DNA of 64,000 nt from Octopus vulgaris (Eukaryota). The stretch covers positions 14,384,001-14,448,000 of the forward strand of contig OX597822.1 in assembly GCA_951406725.2 (NCBI GenBank), given 5' to 3'. The position numbers were made by a program, and so were the translations under genes. The notes beneath the pieces were generated by a model that made no database searches, was not told the origin of the DNA, and saw nothing but the letters and a program-made list of their open reading frames with translations. Positions 1 to 11,993 of the stretch are shown here, in pieces. Within the stretch, counting starts at the first letter, position 1. Each line of letters opens with the position of its first letter.

Positions 1-227
1 CGCAAACGCACACACACAGTGTGCAACGAATAAAGCGAAAGTAATTCACTTTCTGTAGTGAGTGACTCTTTCACTCTGCCTCCCACTTCCTCTTTACACA
101 CATAGACACGCAAATATATAAATAAAATAGTAAGCTAACGTGCGTGTGTGTGTGTGTGTGTGCGTGTGTGTGTGTGTGAGGGTGCGTGTGTGTGTGTGTG
201 CGTGCGTGTGCGTGAGTGTGTGACAGG

Positions 228-895
228 AAAGTTTTTTAGGACGAATATAAGACCTATATCCAAGTAGCAGAAAGATCGCCCAAAAGTGTATATAGATATT
301 TAAATGTATTTATATATTCATCTATACACAGATGTATGTATAATGTGTGTGTATATATTTCCATAGAGGTAACCTTTCACTCCATACAAAGTTTTTTAGG
401 ACGAATATAACATCTAAAGTATATACAAGTAGCAGAAAGATCGCCCAAAAGTGTATATAGATATTTAAATGTATTTATATATTCATCTATACACAGATGT
501 ATGTATAACGTGTGTGTATATATTTCTATAGACGTAACCATTCACTCCGCACAAAGTTTTTAGGACGAAAATAAGATCTAAAGTTATCTCTAAGTAGCAC
601 AAAGATCGCCCAAAAGTGTATATAGATATATAAATGTATTTATATATTCATCTATGCACACATGTATGTATAACGTGTGTGTATATATTTCCATAGAGGT
701 AACCATTCACAGTTTTTTAGGACGAAAATAAGATCTAAAGTTATCTCTAAGAAACAGAAAGATCGCCCAAAAGTGTATATAGATATTTAAATGTATTTAT
801 ATATTCATCTATACACACATGTATGTATAATGTGCGTGTATATATTTCCATAGAGGTAACCATTCAATCCATACAAAGTTTTTTAGGACGAAAAT
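228..895. repeat. Tandem repeat, ~156-166 bp unit, 4 copies plus a partial fifth
   Basis: Unit 'aaagttttttaggacgaa...gaaagatcgcccaaaagtgtatatagatat...gtaacc' recurs, with the G of 'gttttt' at 231, 391, 556, 712 and 878. Confidence 0.9.
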
Positions 896-898
896 ATT

Positions 899-1742
899 TA
901 TATATAAAAGAAAGGTTGTGTGTCTGTCTACTCCGATTTAGATTCCTAACTACTCCCACATTTTGCGATGCAGTTTAACCAAAACTGGGTATCTTATAGT
1001 CGTCATTCATATCGAGCCCTTCTGGGTATTAGCGCGCGTCTACGATGAGTCTATGATTTTACAAATAATTTACCATCATTTTTTTCCATTTTAATGCATA
1101 TTTTTTTAAATAAAGGGAAGTAACTCTCAAACTTCACACCAATATGCGTGCTCATATGCGACGTAATATCACATCAGCAGCATTTGCTCACACCCTCCTT
1201 GCACTTGGCGAAGGCAAAATACCAGGGGATGAAAATGGTAATATTGCCATCGATTCCATTTGTACCATTGTTAAGACGCCTTCTGATCTCAGAGATGCAG
1301 TGTTCCCAGATCTACAAGCTAATTATCAGAATATGGATTGGATTGGCAAAAAGGCTATACTGGCCCCGAGGAATAAAACTGTTCACCATATTAATGATGA
1401 AATGCTAAAACTCATTCCTGGGGAAGTCTATGTATATCAGTCTATCGATACAACTCCTGACCCAGAGGACGTCATCAACTATCCAATAGAGGTACTCAAT
1501 TCCTTTGAGCACCCCGGACTACCACCACACTTTTTCAAACTTAAAGTTGGTGCCCCTATAATGCTCATCAGAAATTTGGTTCCCCCAAAACAATGCAATG
1601 GCACACGTTTGATCGTTAAGTCCTTATCTCCCACCGTAAACTTATATCAATATTTGCCTGAATAATCATCATAATTCAGTGCAATCATTAACAGTACTTT
1701 CAAGCAATTCAGCCCCGAGCAACGCCGGGCAATTCTGCTAGT
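899..1742 (+). mobile_element. Non-autonomous (internally deleted) Helitron
   Basis: Contains a PIF1-helicase fragment. The 3' end has hairpin cccgagcaacgccggg (1714-1729) followed by CTAG|T (1738-1742), the canonical Helitron terminus. Confidence 0.85.
1144..1665 (+). pseudogene. Helitron Rep/Hel PIF1-like helicase fragment
   Basis: AILAPRN...YQSIDT...YPIEVLNSFEHPGLPPH..KLKVGAPIMLIRNL..PKQCNGTRLIV are hallmark Helitron PIF1 motifs; truncated at both ends. Confidence 0.9.
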
Positions 1743-1805
1743 ATATATATATGTATATATATATGTATATATATATATATATATAATTATACTTATATAT
1801 ATGTA

Positions 1806-1876
<71 letters not shown>

Positions 1877-1877
1877 A

Positions 1878-2150
1878 GAGAACGCATGGTCTAGTGGTTA
1901 GGGTGTTGCAAGCCCGATCGTGAGATCGTGATTTCAATTCCTAGGTCGGGTGGTACATTGTATTCTTGAGCAAAACACTTTATTTCACGTTGCTTTGCGA
2001 TCACTGTGACACCTGACGCGTCGTACAGCGTGCACCTATTCGGGCAACGTCAATTTGATGGCGGGAGGGAGCTAATGTGCGGCGGCACATACATTTGATA
2101 ATTGTAAACAAATCATTTGCACAGCTCGTTCGGCGAAAGCTGAACGCTGA
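1878..2150 (+). mobile_element. tRNA-derived SINE (CORE-like centre)
   Basis: A-box-like tggtctagtggttaggg, degenerate B box tttcaattcc, and central cttgagcaaaacactttatttcacgttgct shared with copies at 7619 and 60108. Confidence 0.7.
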
Positions 2151-2491
2151 TAAGGCGGGAGAGTCCCCTCATGGATACACATGAGAAAAAATTAAAATGT
2201 AAAACGAAATGAAAATTATATCAAACATTTCATTAGCTTACAGCTGTTTCTGCTGTAAATGCAATGAACCTCTTAGCAGAACGTTTGTATATAACTCAAC
2301 AACTTTATGGGAGCTTTAAACAGTATGTTAATGGAGTTCTTAGCATAATTGCTTCTTCCTTTCTCAATTTGCTGATCTGTACCCGACTGACGTTTTGCTC
2401 AGAAGCATATGTATATTAAGTTCTAACATTAGGTTCTTGGTATCGCTATGCTTACGTGAAATAGTAACTATCTCTCTATCTGCTGGTCTGC

Positions 2492-2569
<78 letters not shown>

Positions 2570-2757
2570 GCCTGTCTGTCTGTCTGCCTGTCTGCCTGTC
2601 TGCCTGTCTGTCTGTCTATTTATCGCTCTCTATCTATCTATCGATTTAGCTAGCTAGCTGTCTGTCTGACAATCTATCTATTTATCTATCTATCTATCTG
2701 TCTATCTATCTGTCTATATATCTAACTCTCTCCCTCTCTCTATTTATCTATCATCTA

Positions 2758-2856
<99 letters not shown>

Positions 2857-3272
2857 TCATCAGACTGTCTGTAGAAACCACTAAACCAGTTACTGTGATC
2901 ACTTTGGGAACTGTTCCATGGCCGATTGTTTGAGCACAGGTATTTTTTCGTGCTGGCGTCCCTTGAATTTTTTTGAAAAAAATCCGTTTTATTACATTTT
3001 CATATAATATAATATACAAATTACACTACACTATCTTGCACGCACACACGCATACACACATAGAGAGATGCACAGACTCAGACACAGACAGACACACATT
3101 ACACAAACATATATTTGTATATAAATATATATATGTACATATATGTACAAGCTATGTATATATATATATACAGTCATACTCACACACACGCACACGTGCG
3201 AACGTAGTGTTATCTTGCAACACAAAATAATGTTCTTGTTGAACATAAAGAATAATATGACGTGAATATATG

Positions 3273-3339
<67 letters not shown>

Positions 3340-3595
3340 GTATGTGTGTGTATATATATGTATATAAAGGGGCCGTCAAAGTGACATTAACGGGTCAGTG
3401 AATTAATGACCCTACAAGAAATATATAATATACGTTTAAATAGAGAATATGATATACCAGCCATCATACATGTTACAATTTAAGGCTGGATGGAGAGATG
3501 GAGTTTTTTTTAACAGCTGCAGACAATGCTCAGGCGTAATTTTATATTCATTATATTAATATGTATTTGGGCGTATGTCTGTGGATTTACGCACA

Positions 3596-3666
<71 letters not shown>

Positions 3667-3805
3667 TGTGTGTGTGTCTGTGTGTCTGTGTATATTTGGG
3701 CGTATGTCTGTAAATGTATGCATATATATATATATATATATATATACATTCACACATACACACATTCACTCACACACACACATACATATAGATCTGTGTG
3801 TATGA

Positions 3806-4025
3806 ATTTATATTCTTTTATTCTTTTATTTGTTTCAGTCATTTGACTACGGCCATACTGGAGCACTGCCTTTAGTCCAACAAATCAACCTCAGGACTTA
3901 TTCTTTGTAAGTCTAGTACTCATTCTACTGGTTCTCTTTTGCCGAACAGCTAAGTTACGAGGGCCTAAACACACCCACATGGGTTATCAAGTGATTGGGG
4001 GTGGACAAACACAGACACACAAACA
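3806..4025 (-). mobile_element. Abundant SINE family A, 3' half
   Basis: Matches the 3' half of the full copies at 15085-15495 and 55131-55540. Confidence 0.75.
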
Positions 4026-4445
4026 TATATATCTATGGAACTCGACTGAGGAAAGAAAACTCCGAATGACCCGTCCTTGTTTTCTATGTTTTGCGTTCTT
4101 GTCCCATTTTGTATTATATATATATATATATATATATATGTATAATAACAATTTAACAAATAAAACATACGCATACATACATACATATATGTACATGCCT
4201 ACATCTATATGTATATATACATGCATATATATATATATATATATACGTTTAAATATTTGTTGTGCAAGATATATATATATATATATATATATTCGGTTTA
4301 AGCAATTAAGATTCAAATGAGTTCTATTGAATTCACAAGAATATGGTACTTGACTTGGATGCACCAGAAATCTATATGGTGTTAACCATACGATAAAGTG
4401 GGGTGATTACAAATAGGAAAAAAGCAACAAGAATGGAGCAAAATA

Positions 4446-4530
4446 TCGGTACAATTGTTTCGTACGAAGACATCTTTAATAAGGCTACAAAAATTGCAAT
4501 AAATATAGATGGCTCGTACTCATCAGCCGA
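4446..4530 (-). ncRNA. Minimal type-I hammerhead ribozyme (inverted copy)
   Basis: Minus strand: tcgg-CTGATGA-gtacga...tcgtac-GAAA-caattGTA-ccga. Confidence 0.8.
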
Positions 4531-4970
4531 AAAAACATCCGAGATTTCCAAACATCAAGGGGGGTAATGTTACAATCGTGAAACATCATGGAGAGTTCTA
4601 TAAAAGTGGAAAATTTGGATAACAAATTGGTTTCTAAGAGTTCAGTTAGTATTACACAGGTTTATAAAAAGCCTTTTCAAAACCTTAGTTTTCCAGAAAG
4701 TGAAGACAAAAGTTAGGGTGTGAATATATCCTTATTGAATAAAGTTCGATTCTTGGAGATGTGATGAGAAGTATCGTACTCACAGAAAATGCGTTTGTCC
4801 ATATATAGTTCATAGTAAGTGCGAATCAAGCTGTGTGGAGATATTTTAGATAAATTCGTGTGAAACTTCTGAAAAACGCTATGTTATAATCCGAAGAGGA
4901 AGCGTAGCGGGAGTCTTATAGCGAAGGCGAATAGGGTGAAAAAGAGATCTACAAGAACCACAGGGCTAAA

Positions 4971-5011
<41 letters not shown>

Positions 5012-5072
5012 GAAGGAAGAAAGACAGAAAGTTGAATATATATGCATATATACATACATCTCGGATGTTTTT

Positions 5073-5157
5073 TCGGCTGATGAGTACGAGCCATCTATAT
5101 TTACTGCAATTTTTGTAGCCTTATTAAAGATGTCTTCGTACGAAACAATTGTACCGA
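5073..5157 (+). ncRNA. Minimal type-I hammerhead ribozyme
   Basis: Stem I tcgg/ccga; core CTGATGA 5077-5083; stem II gtacga/tcgtac; GAAA 5142-5145; palindromic stem III acaattgt; cleavage triplet GTA 5151-5153. Confidence 0.85.
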
Positions 5158-5317
5158 TATTTTGATCCATTCTTGTTGCTTTTTTCCTATATATATATAT
5201 ATATGAGTACAGGACACCACTAATAAACGTAGAACACAATGAGAAACGAAAACATAAGATCAAACAAGGAAACGGACTTTTTTTAACAACGAAAAAACAG
5301 AGTACAAGACAAACAAT

Positions 5318-5624
5318 GGATCTTTTCAATTCTGAAGCCAGTTTTTTCAAATTTTTCCTACTGAACCAAACAATTTGAAACTTCGTATACTGGTAGAATG
5401 TGTCAAAAGTAAACTTAATTGTAAACCAGAATGAAAACGGAATTGTAACTTCTAAGTTTAACGTTGTTTAATAATTAGAATTTTAACCAATGATATTCCG
5501 TCATTCGGCTTTATTTTATTTACTCCGTCTCGACCACCAATTTGGTGACGTATTAAACATCTTAAATGTAAACAAAGCGATTACGCTCACACACGCATAT
5601 ATATAATTATACATACATTACACG

Positions 5625-5697
<73 letters not shown>

Positions 5698-5812
5698 TCA
5701 GTTTAATTATATAAGGCTCACACATTTTAGATATTTAATACATCCGCACGAATATGTGTGTTTATTTATTTCATAAATATTTACATACATATATGAACAT
5801 ACATATATACAG

Positions 5813-5877
<65 letters not shown>

Positions 5878-6234
5878 CAGACAGACAGAAAAAAAGGAGG
5901 ACGTTTTATTTCAATGAGTTCAAGCAAGATAAATGTAATATAGTAAGAGAGGGGGAGGCAGACAGACTTACAAAGAGAGAGCAGACTACGTCACAAAACT
6001 GCTTTCAACGTCACACTAACAGATCGCAGTAACGTTTTAGATATGAAAACAAGCAATCTCATTGGTTAAAATTCGCAGTTTTAATCTACGATTAAAGTCA
6101 TAAAATAGATTTTTCTCAAATAAACTAGTTCCAACTGGCGAATAAACTAGTTCCACTCTATGAGTACACGAAGTTTCAAATTATTTAGCTAACTAGAAAG
6201 ATCTGGGGTCCTGGCCACGATATTGAAAAGATCC
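5318..6234. mobile_element. MITE with GGATCTTTTCAAT TIRs and an 8-bp TSD
   Basis: TSD caaacaat at 5310-5317 and 6235-6242; TIRs ggatcttttcaat / attgaaaagatcc; the uninterrupted host copy near 7070 has a single caaacaat. Confidence 0.85.
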
Positions 6235-6910
6235 CAAACAATACAAGGAATATTCCCCTTCATCAGCTGCCCCTGGTTCGACTCAATGCATGTTTCGAAG
6301 GTAAGGGCAGAACACGATCCGGCCGAAGCAATCCTTCCTGCAAAATTAATTAAAGAAAATTGTTTTGCAGAGGGGTAAAAAAAAAGTGACAAGAACAGGA
6401 CGTAAAAGCAATACAAATAAATAAAAATACAGTACACATAAAGAATAAAAACAGGACAAGGAAACCAACAATAAGGACTTTTTTTAAGCCTAGACGGTGG
6501 AAACATTCGTTGGAACGCAATTCAGAAGATCGACTTGCTGGAGACAAGATGAAAGTCGATGTTGACTTGTTGAAAGCAGCGGGCAGAAAGGAAGTTTAGT
6601 AGTTCGGTCAGCGGCCAGAGAGAGGAGGAGTGAGAGAGAGAGAGAGGGAGAGAGAGGAAAAGAAAACAGAAAGGGTGAAAAATAAGAAGGAGAGAGACAG
6701 GAAGAGAGGAAGACAGACAGGCAGAAGGAAAGGTCAAGTAAAGAGTTAAGAGTGCACGTCATAATTATTATAATAAAAACTTACTTGGAGAAATAAGAAA
6801 GTGACGCGAGGCGTTCAATCATATAATAACAATTTAACAAATAAAACATATGCATACATACATACATACATACATATATGTACATACCTACATCTATATG
6901 TATATATACA

Positions 6911-6964
<54 letters not shown>

Positions 6965-6968
<4 letters not shown>

Positions 6969-7245
6969 AGTACACGACACCACAAATAAACGTAGAACAC
7001 AACGAGAAACGAAAACATAAGATCAAACAAGGAAACGGTCTTTTTTTAACAACGAAAAAACAGAGTGCAAGACAAACAATGCAAGGAATATTCCCCTTCA
7101 TCAGCTGCTCCTGGTTCGACTCAATGCCTGTTTCGAAGGTAAGGGCAGAACACGATCCGGCCGAAACAGTCCTTCCTGCAAAAGGAATTAAAGAAAATTC
7201 TTTTGCAGAATAACAAAATAATAAATAAAACATATGCATATATAC
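6965..7245. mobile_element. (TA)n-flanked interspersed repeat (family also at 5200-5317/6235-6560, 10790-11300, 37850-38240, and inverted at ~14860-15080)
   Basis: Shared 'gaacacaa.gagaaacgaaaacataa...ccccttcatcag...gtttcgaaggtaa'. Confidence 0.7.
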
Positions 7246-7265
7246 ATACATATATGTACATAGCT

Positions 7266-7297
<32 letters not shown>

Positions 7298-7618
7298 GAA
7301 CTCACAACCATCTTGTAGCGAAGCAAACATCTTACCCCACAGCCATGCTGGGTTTATATATATGTGTGTGTATACATATATGTATATGTGTGAATGTGTG
7401 CAAGTGTATTCGCGTACATAATCACTAACATGGCGGTTAGAGTGTGCAGTTCATTTTATTACATAGCTTTACAATTGTTTCATCGATATTTTACAATTTT
7501 GTAATAATATTGTTGCATCGGTATTTTTTCTTTTACCGCTAAAATATCGACTCGTGTATAAATTCATGAGCAAATGGATTTATTTTCTAATATATTAATA
7601 TAGCAATACTATTCTGAT

Positions 7619-7955
7619 GTGTGAAGGTGCATGCTCAGTGTTTAAAGCATAGGACTTACATTCGTGAGACTGTGAGTTCGATTCCGGGACAGGGTTATAT
7701 TGTGCTGTCAAATAAGAAACTTTATTTCACGTTGCTCCAGTTCACTCAGCTGTAGAAATGAGTTGTGACGTCACAGGTGCCAAGCTGTATTAGCCTTTGA
7801 CTTTCCCTTGGATAACATCGGTGGTGTGGAGAGAGGAGGCTGGTGTGCATGGGTGACCGCTGGCCTTCCACAAACAATCTTGCCTGGACTTGTACTTCGA
7901 AGAGAAATTTTCAAGTTTCAATTCCATGACCCTTCATGATCGAAGCGGGTCTTTG
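7619..7955 (+). mobile_element. tRNA-derived SINE with 11-bp TSD, nested in an older TIR element
   Basis: TSD actattctgat at 7608-7618 and 7956-7966; B box gagttcgattcc. Confidence 0.8.
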
Positions 7956-8156
7956 ACTATTCTGATAAAATATTAATAAAATGATTGTAGAATTATGTAA
8001 TAAAACAAACTGCTCACTCCGTTTTCCTTGTTAATAAACTTAAATGCGTGTAAACAGAGCAGATGTGAATATAAAATATTGTGACTGTTGATACGGTAAC
8101 GGGGTTAAAGTACTCAGAATCAAGCCGTGGTTTCACCATCGACCATAGCATAGAAA

Positions 8157-8192
<36 letters not shown>

Positions 8193-8219
8193 TTGCATGA
8201 GCAGAAAGATACACAGCAT

Positions 8220-8405
8220 CAAAGTTAATACGGACAAGAATTCTTTCTAAAGTCAAATCCCACTTGAAAGGGAAAAAAATATTTCCAAACATCGAGACAA
8301 CTGCTCGCTGATTCAACGAGGGAGTCCCAGGAAAACTTCTATAAATGGAAATGGCGCTGGATAAAGTGTTTGGTCTTAGAAAGGAACTACTTTGAAGGAG
8401 ATTAA
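8220..8405 (+). mobile_element. Mariner transposase C-terminal remnant
   Basis: Translates as ...KWKWRWIKCLVLERNYFEGD*, matching the mariner C-terminal W..RW.KC....YFE motif. Confidence 0.6.
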
Positions 8406-9491
8406 ATATGTATTGTAGCTGTCTTTTTGAAGAGCAATGACTCTGAAACTAGTGTCAGGGTGCTGGCTTTGCTGGGTGGAGGTGCTTATCTCCCCTGTTT
8501 GGAAACATAAGGACACAGTACGCTTATGTCACATAGCCGACTGGAAACAGTGTTTGTTGGGGCTAAATAGCAGTAGCATTCTTCCCTTTAGTGGGACTGC
8601 CACATTGGGTTGACAACAAACCATTACTTTATCGTGCTGCTACTGTATAAATCTCTCTGAGAGATTTAGAAATGCAGTATTTCTAATCCCAGTACTCCTT
8701 GATAAAATCTCGTACAGTGCTATGGTGTGATGTTACAGGAGGTCTCCCCTCACAGAAACAAGATACAGATGGGGACCTGAAGCAGGAAGGTTATCTCGGA
8801 GCTTCACAAAGAATTAATTTGCGTATGCTTTACTGTCATCAATAATAAAAACCTTTCCGCCGAATATCTTAAAGACGAGGCCCTTGTGGTCTGTAATATA
8901 GCAGGGCAGTACCTCATGCCGAGTACAAGCTATAAATAAGGGATTTAGATATTAATTTCAAGGAGAGGAACGTGCTGAGTTACGTAGAAGTTAGGAGGTG
9001 ATGTATAATATCTAACTTGACTCAAATCCAGTGATGTTTGAGGGGAGAAGCACCCAATAATTATAACCCGGTGCCACCCCGGTGAGCGTGGGCCAAATAC
9101 TAACCGCTGGTCGAACTCTGATGAATGCACCAATGATATATATAAGATAGAAGTATATATTTATGATTGTATGCATATGTGCAAATATATATACATGTAT
9201 TTGTGTATATATGCATACCTACACACGCACAAACGCACACACACACATACACGAGCACGCGCATATATACACATATATGCACATATATGTATGTATGTAT
9301 TATGTTTCTATAAATCCAGCTTTTGAATATTTATGCGCATTTCTAAACATATTTAAGTTAAATATTCTGATGAATACATTAAAGCCATTTACTAAAGATA
9401 TTTTATCACGTTCTACAAACAACCAACCAACCAACAAACAAACCTACCTACCTACCTACCTACATACCTACCTACCTACCTACCTACCTAC

Positions 9492-9539
<48 letters not shown>

Positions 9540-9612
9540 ATATCTATCTATCTATCTATCTATCATACATACATACATACATACAGACAGACATACATAT
9601 ATATGAATATAT

Positions 9613-9965
9613 ACTCTTATTATTTTGTTCCAGACATTTGACTATGGCCATGCTGGAGCACGCCTAAGTCGAACAAATCGAGCCCAAAATTTGTTGTGTG
9701 TAAGCCTAGTACTTATTCTATCGGACACTTTTTGCCGAACCACTAAGTTATGAGGGCCGTAGACACACCGACATCTGTTGTCAAGCGATGGTGGGCAGGG
9801 GATCAAACAGAGACGCATAAACACACACACACACACATACACACACACACAATATATATATATACGACGGGCAACAAGCTTCTTTCAGTTTCCGTCCACC
9901 AAATCCACTCACAAGGCTTTGGTCGGTTCGAGGCTATAGCAGAAGACGCCCAAGGCACCACGCAG
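9613..9965 (-). mobile_element. SINE family A copy
   Basis: Both halves recognisable around an internal (CA)n/(TA)n tract. Confidence 0.75.
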
Positions 9966-10143
9966 AGACCAAAGTGTACGTACGCCGCTATATATATTGG
10001 CCAGATTGGGTCAATATATGTCGTATAACCTGCCGGAATTGCAAAGATAATCTGGAACTCGACTGAGGAAAGGAAACTCCGAACGACCCGTCCTTGCTTT
10101 ATTTGTATCATCTATCTGGATGTTTTCCGTTCTTGTCCCACTT

Positions 10144-10212
<69 letters not shown>

Positions 10213-10284
10213 ATAAGATAAAACCACTATTATGCAACTCAAACAGTGATAGACATAAACCAAAACATTAATAACAAGTAAAAA

Positions 10285-10650
10285 ATATCTTTATAAAACA
10301 TATAACTAGATCTCAAAAAGTATAAAAATGAATAATCAATATATAATAAGTAAAAAAAACTACGTACGTTTCATGGCTACAATTAAATTCCAATTCCAAT
10401 TAAATTTAAATTCAATTGAATTTATTCAAATTTAAAATTATAGTCAATTTTCTATTTATTTATTTAATTATTATTGTTAACCTGAAGATTGACTATAATT
10501 TTAAATTGAATTTATTTCAATTGAATTTAAATTTAATTGTAATTGGAATTTAATTGTAGCCATGAAACGTACGTAGTTTTTTTTACTTATTATATATTGA
10601 TTATTCATTTTTATACTTTTTGAGATCTAGTTATATGTTTTATAAAAATA
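10285..10650. mobile_element. Fold-back (inverted pseudo-LTR) PLE-like remnant containing a hammerhead at 10479-10578 (+)
   Basis: Arms ~10285-10450 and ~10487-10650; aac-CTGAAGA-...-GAAA-cgtacGTA-gtt with palindromic acgtacgt. Confidence 0.75.
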
Positions 10651-10746
10651 TATTTTATTTGCTATTTATATTTTATATATTTATATTGTGAAATTTGATT
10701 TAATACTAGATTGAATTTTCCCCTGTAAGTTTGGAGTTATACTGCC

Positions 10747-10784
<38 letters not shown>

Positions 10785-11310
10785 AATTAATAAATAAAAC
10801 ATATGCATATATACATACATATATGCATGTACCTTCATCTATATGTATATATACATGCATATATAGGTATAGGACAAAAAAAACGTCGAACACAATGAGA
10901 AACGAAAACATAAACACAAAACCAAGGAAATGGACATTTTTCTTAAACAACGAAAAAATAGAGTACAAGACATTACAACACAAGAAACATTCCCCTTCTT
11001 CAGCCGCCTCTGTTTCATCTACTCCGCGTTTCGAAGGTAAAGGCGAGACACGACTTCATTGAAACAGTCCTTCCCGCAAAAAGCAAATTAAATAAAATTT
11101 GAGATTTTTTGGGGGAGGGGTAAAAATGGTAACAAAAACAGGACAGTAAAGACAGTACAAAATATAAACAGTAAAAGACAGGACAAGGAGAATAACAGTA
11201 GCACGAACATGGAGGGTTGTTAAGCCAGAACGAAAGAAAAAATGTTTTGAACGCTTTGAAAACGGCTAGAGAGACAGGGAAAGCCGTCCACACTTGAAGG
11301 AAGCCAAGTC

Positions 11311-11368
<58 letters not shown>

Positions 11369-11436
11369 ATAGAAATAGTAAGACAACAAAAGAATCAAAA
11401 AGAGACCTCGATATTATGTAAATTGAGGAATTTATC

Positions 11437-11680
11437 TGTAAATGTAATATGTGTCAATTATTCGGTAGCCATGATAAAACTCCGAGGTTCGGATGTCGGG
11501 GTGGAAATCCACGTCACCATCTCTTCATTTATCCGGCCATCGGAAAAATGCTATGAAAATGACCTTTCATAGCATTTTTTCCGATGGCCGGATAACTGAA
11601 GAGAAGGCGGCGTGGATTTCCACCCCGACATCCGAACCACGGAGTTTTATCATGGTTACCGAATAATTGAAACATATTAC

Positions 11681-11687
<7 letters not shown>
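11437..11687. repeat. Long imperfect inverted repeat (~120-bp arms); second family member at 52245-52495
   Basis: ttcggatgtcggggtggaaatccacg...cgtggatttccaccccgacatccgaa, centre ~11560. Confidence 0.85.
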
Positions 11688-11749
<62 letters not shown>

Positions 11750-11759
<10 letters not shown>

Positions 11760-11884
11760 TATAGAAGGAGCTTCTACAGGACTAGAACTGTTTCATTCAA
11801 GAGAAATCTTCAGGAAGCTCCTGAAGATTTCTCTTGAATGAAACAGTTCTAGTCCTGTAGAAGCTCCTTCTATATAATAAATTA
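11750..11884. repeat. Perfect 66-bp-arm palindrome with a 3-nt loop
   Basis: 11750-11815 is the exact reverse complement of 11819-11884. Confidence 0.95.
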
Positions 11885-11948
11885 ATTTTACTCTGCTATG
11901 TATTGAGTACCTCATTTACTGTGGTTAACCCCGAATCAACCCGGGACC

Positions 11949-11993
<45 letters not shown>

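Larger units (their letters stand above)
4290..5190. mobile_element. Penelope-like element remnant with inverted pseudo-LTRs, flanked by (TA)n
   Basis: Inverted arms 4413-4545 and 5058-5190, each with a hammerhead; same family as 15980 and 24900. Confidence 0.7.

Noticed and set aside
228-895. Possible CRISPR-like array
   Set aside because: Whole units are repeated with no unique spacers; eukaryotic context and no cas genes
1144-1665. Host PIF1 helicase gene
   Set aside because: A truncated, intronless fragment inside a Helitron with a canonical 3' terminus
2230-2330. GAAAcagctGTA on the minus strand as a hammerhead
   Set aside because: The palindromic stem III is present but no convincing CTGANGA core or stem I
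10060-10100. gaCTGAGGA...cGAAcgacccGTC motif (also ~4040, ~27445 and ~54770) as a hammerhead
   Set aside because: Has GAAY rather than GAAA, and stems I and II are inconsistent between copies; not supportable without a covariance model
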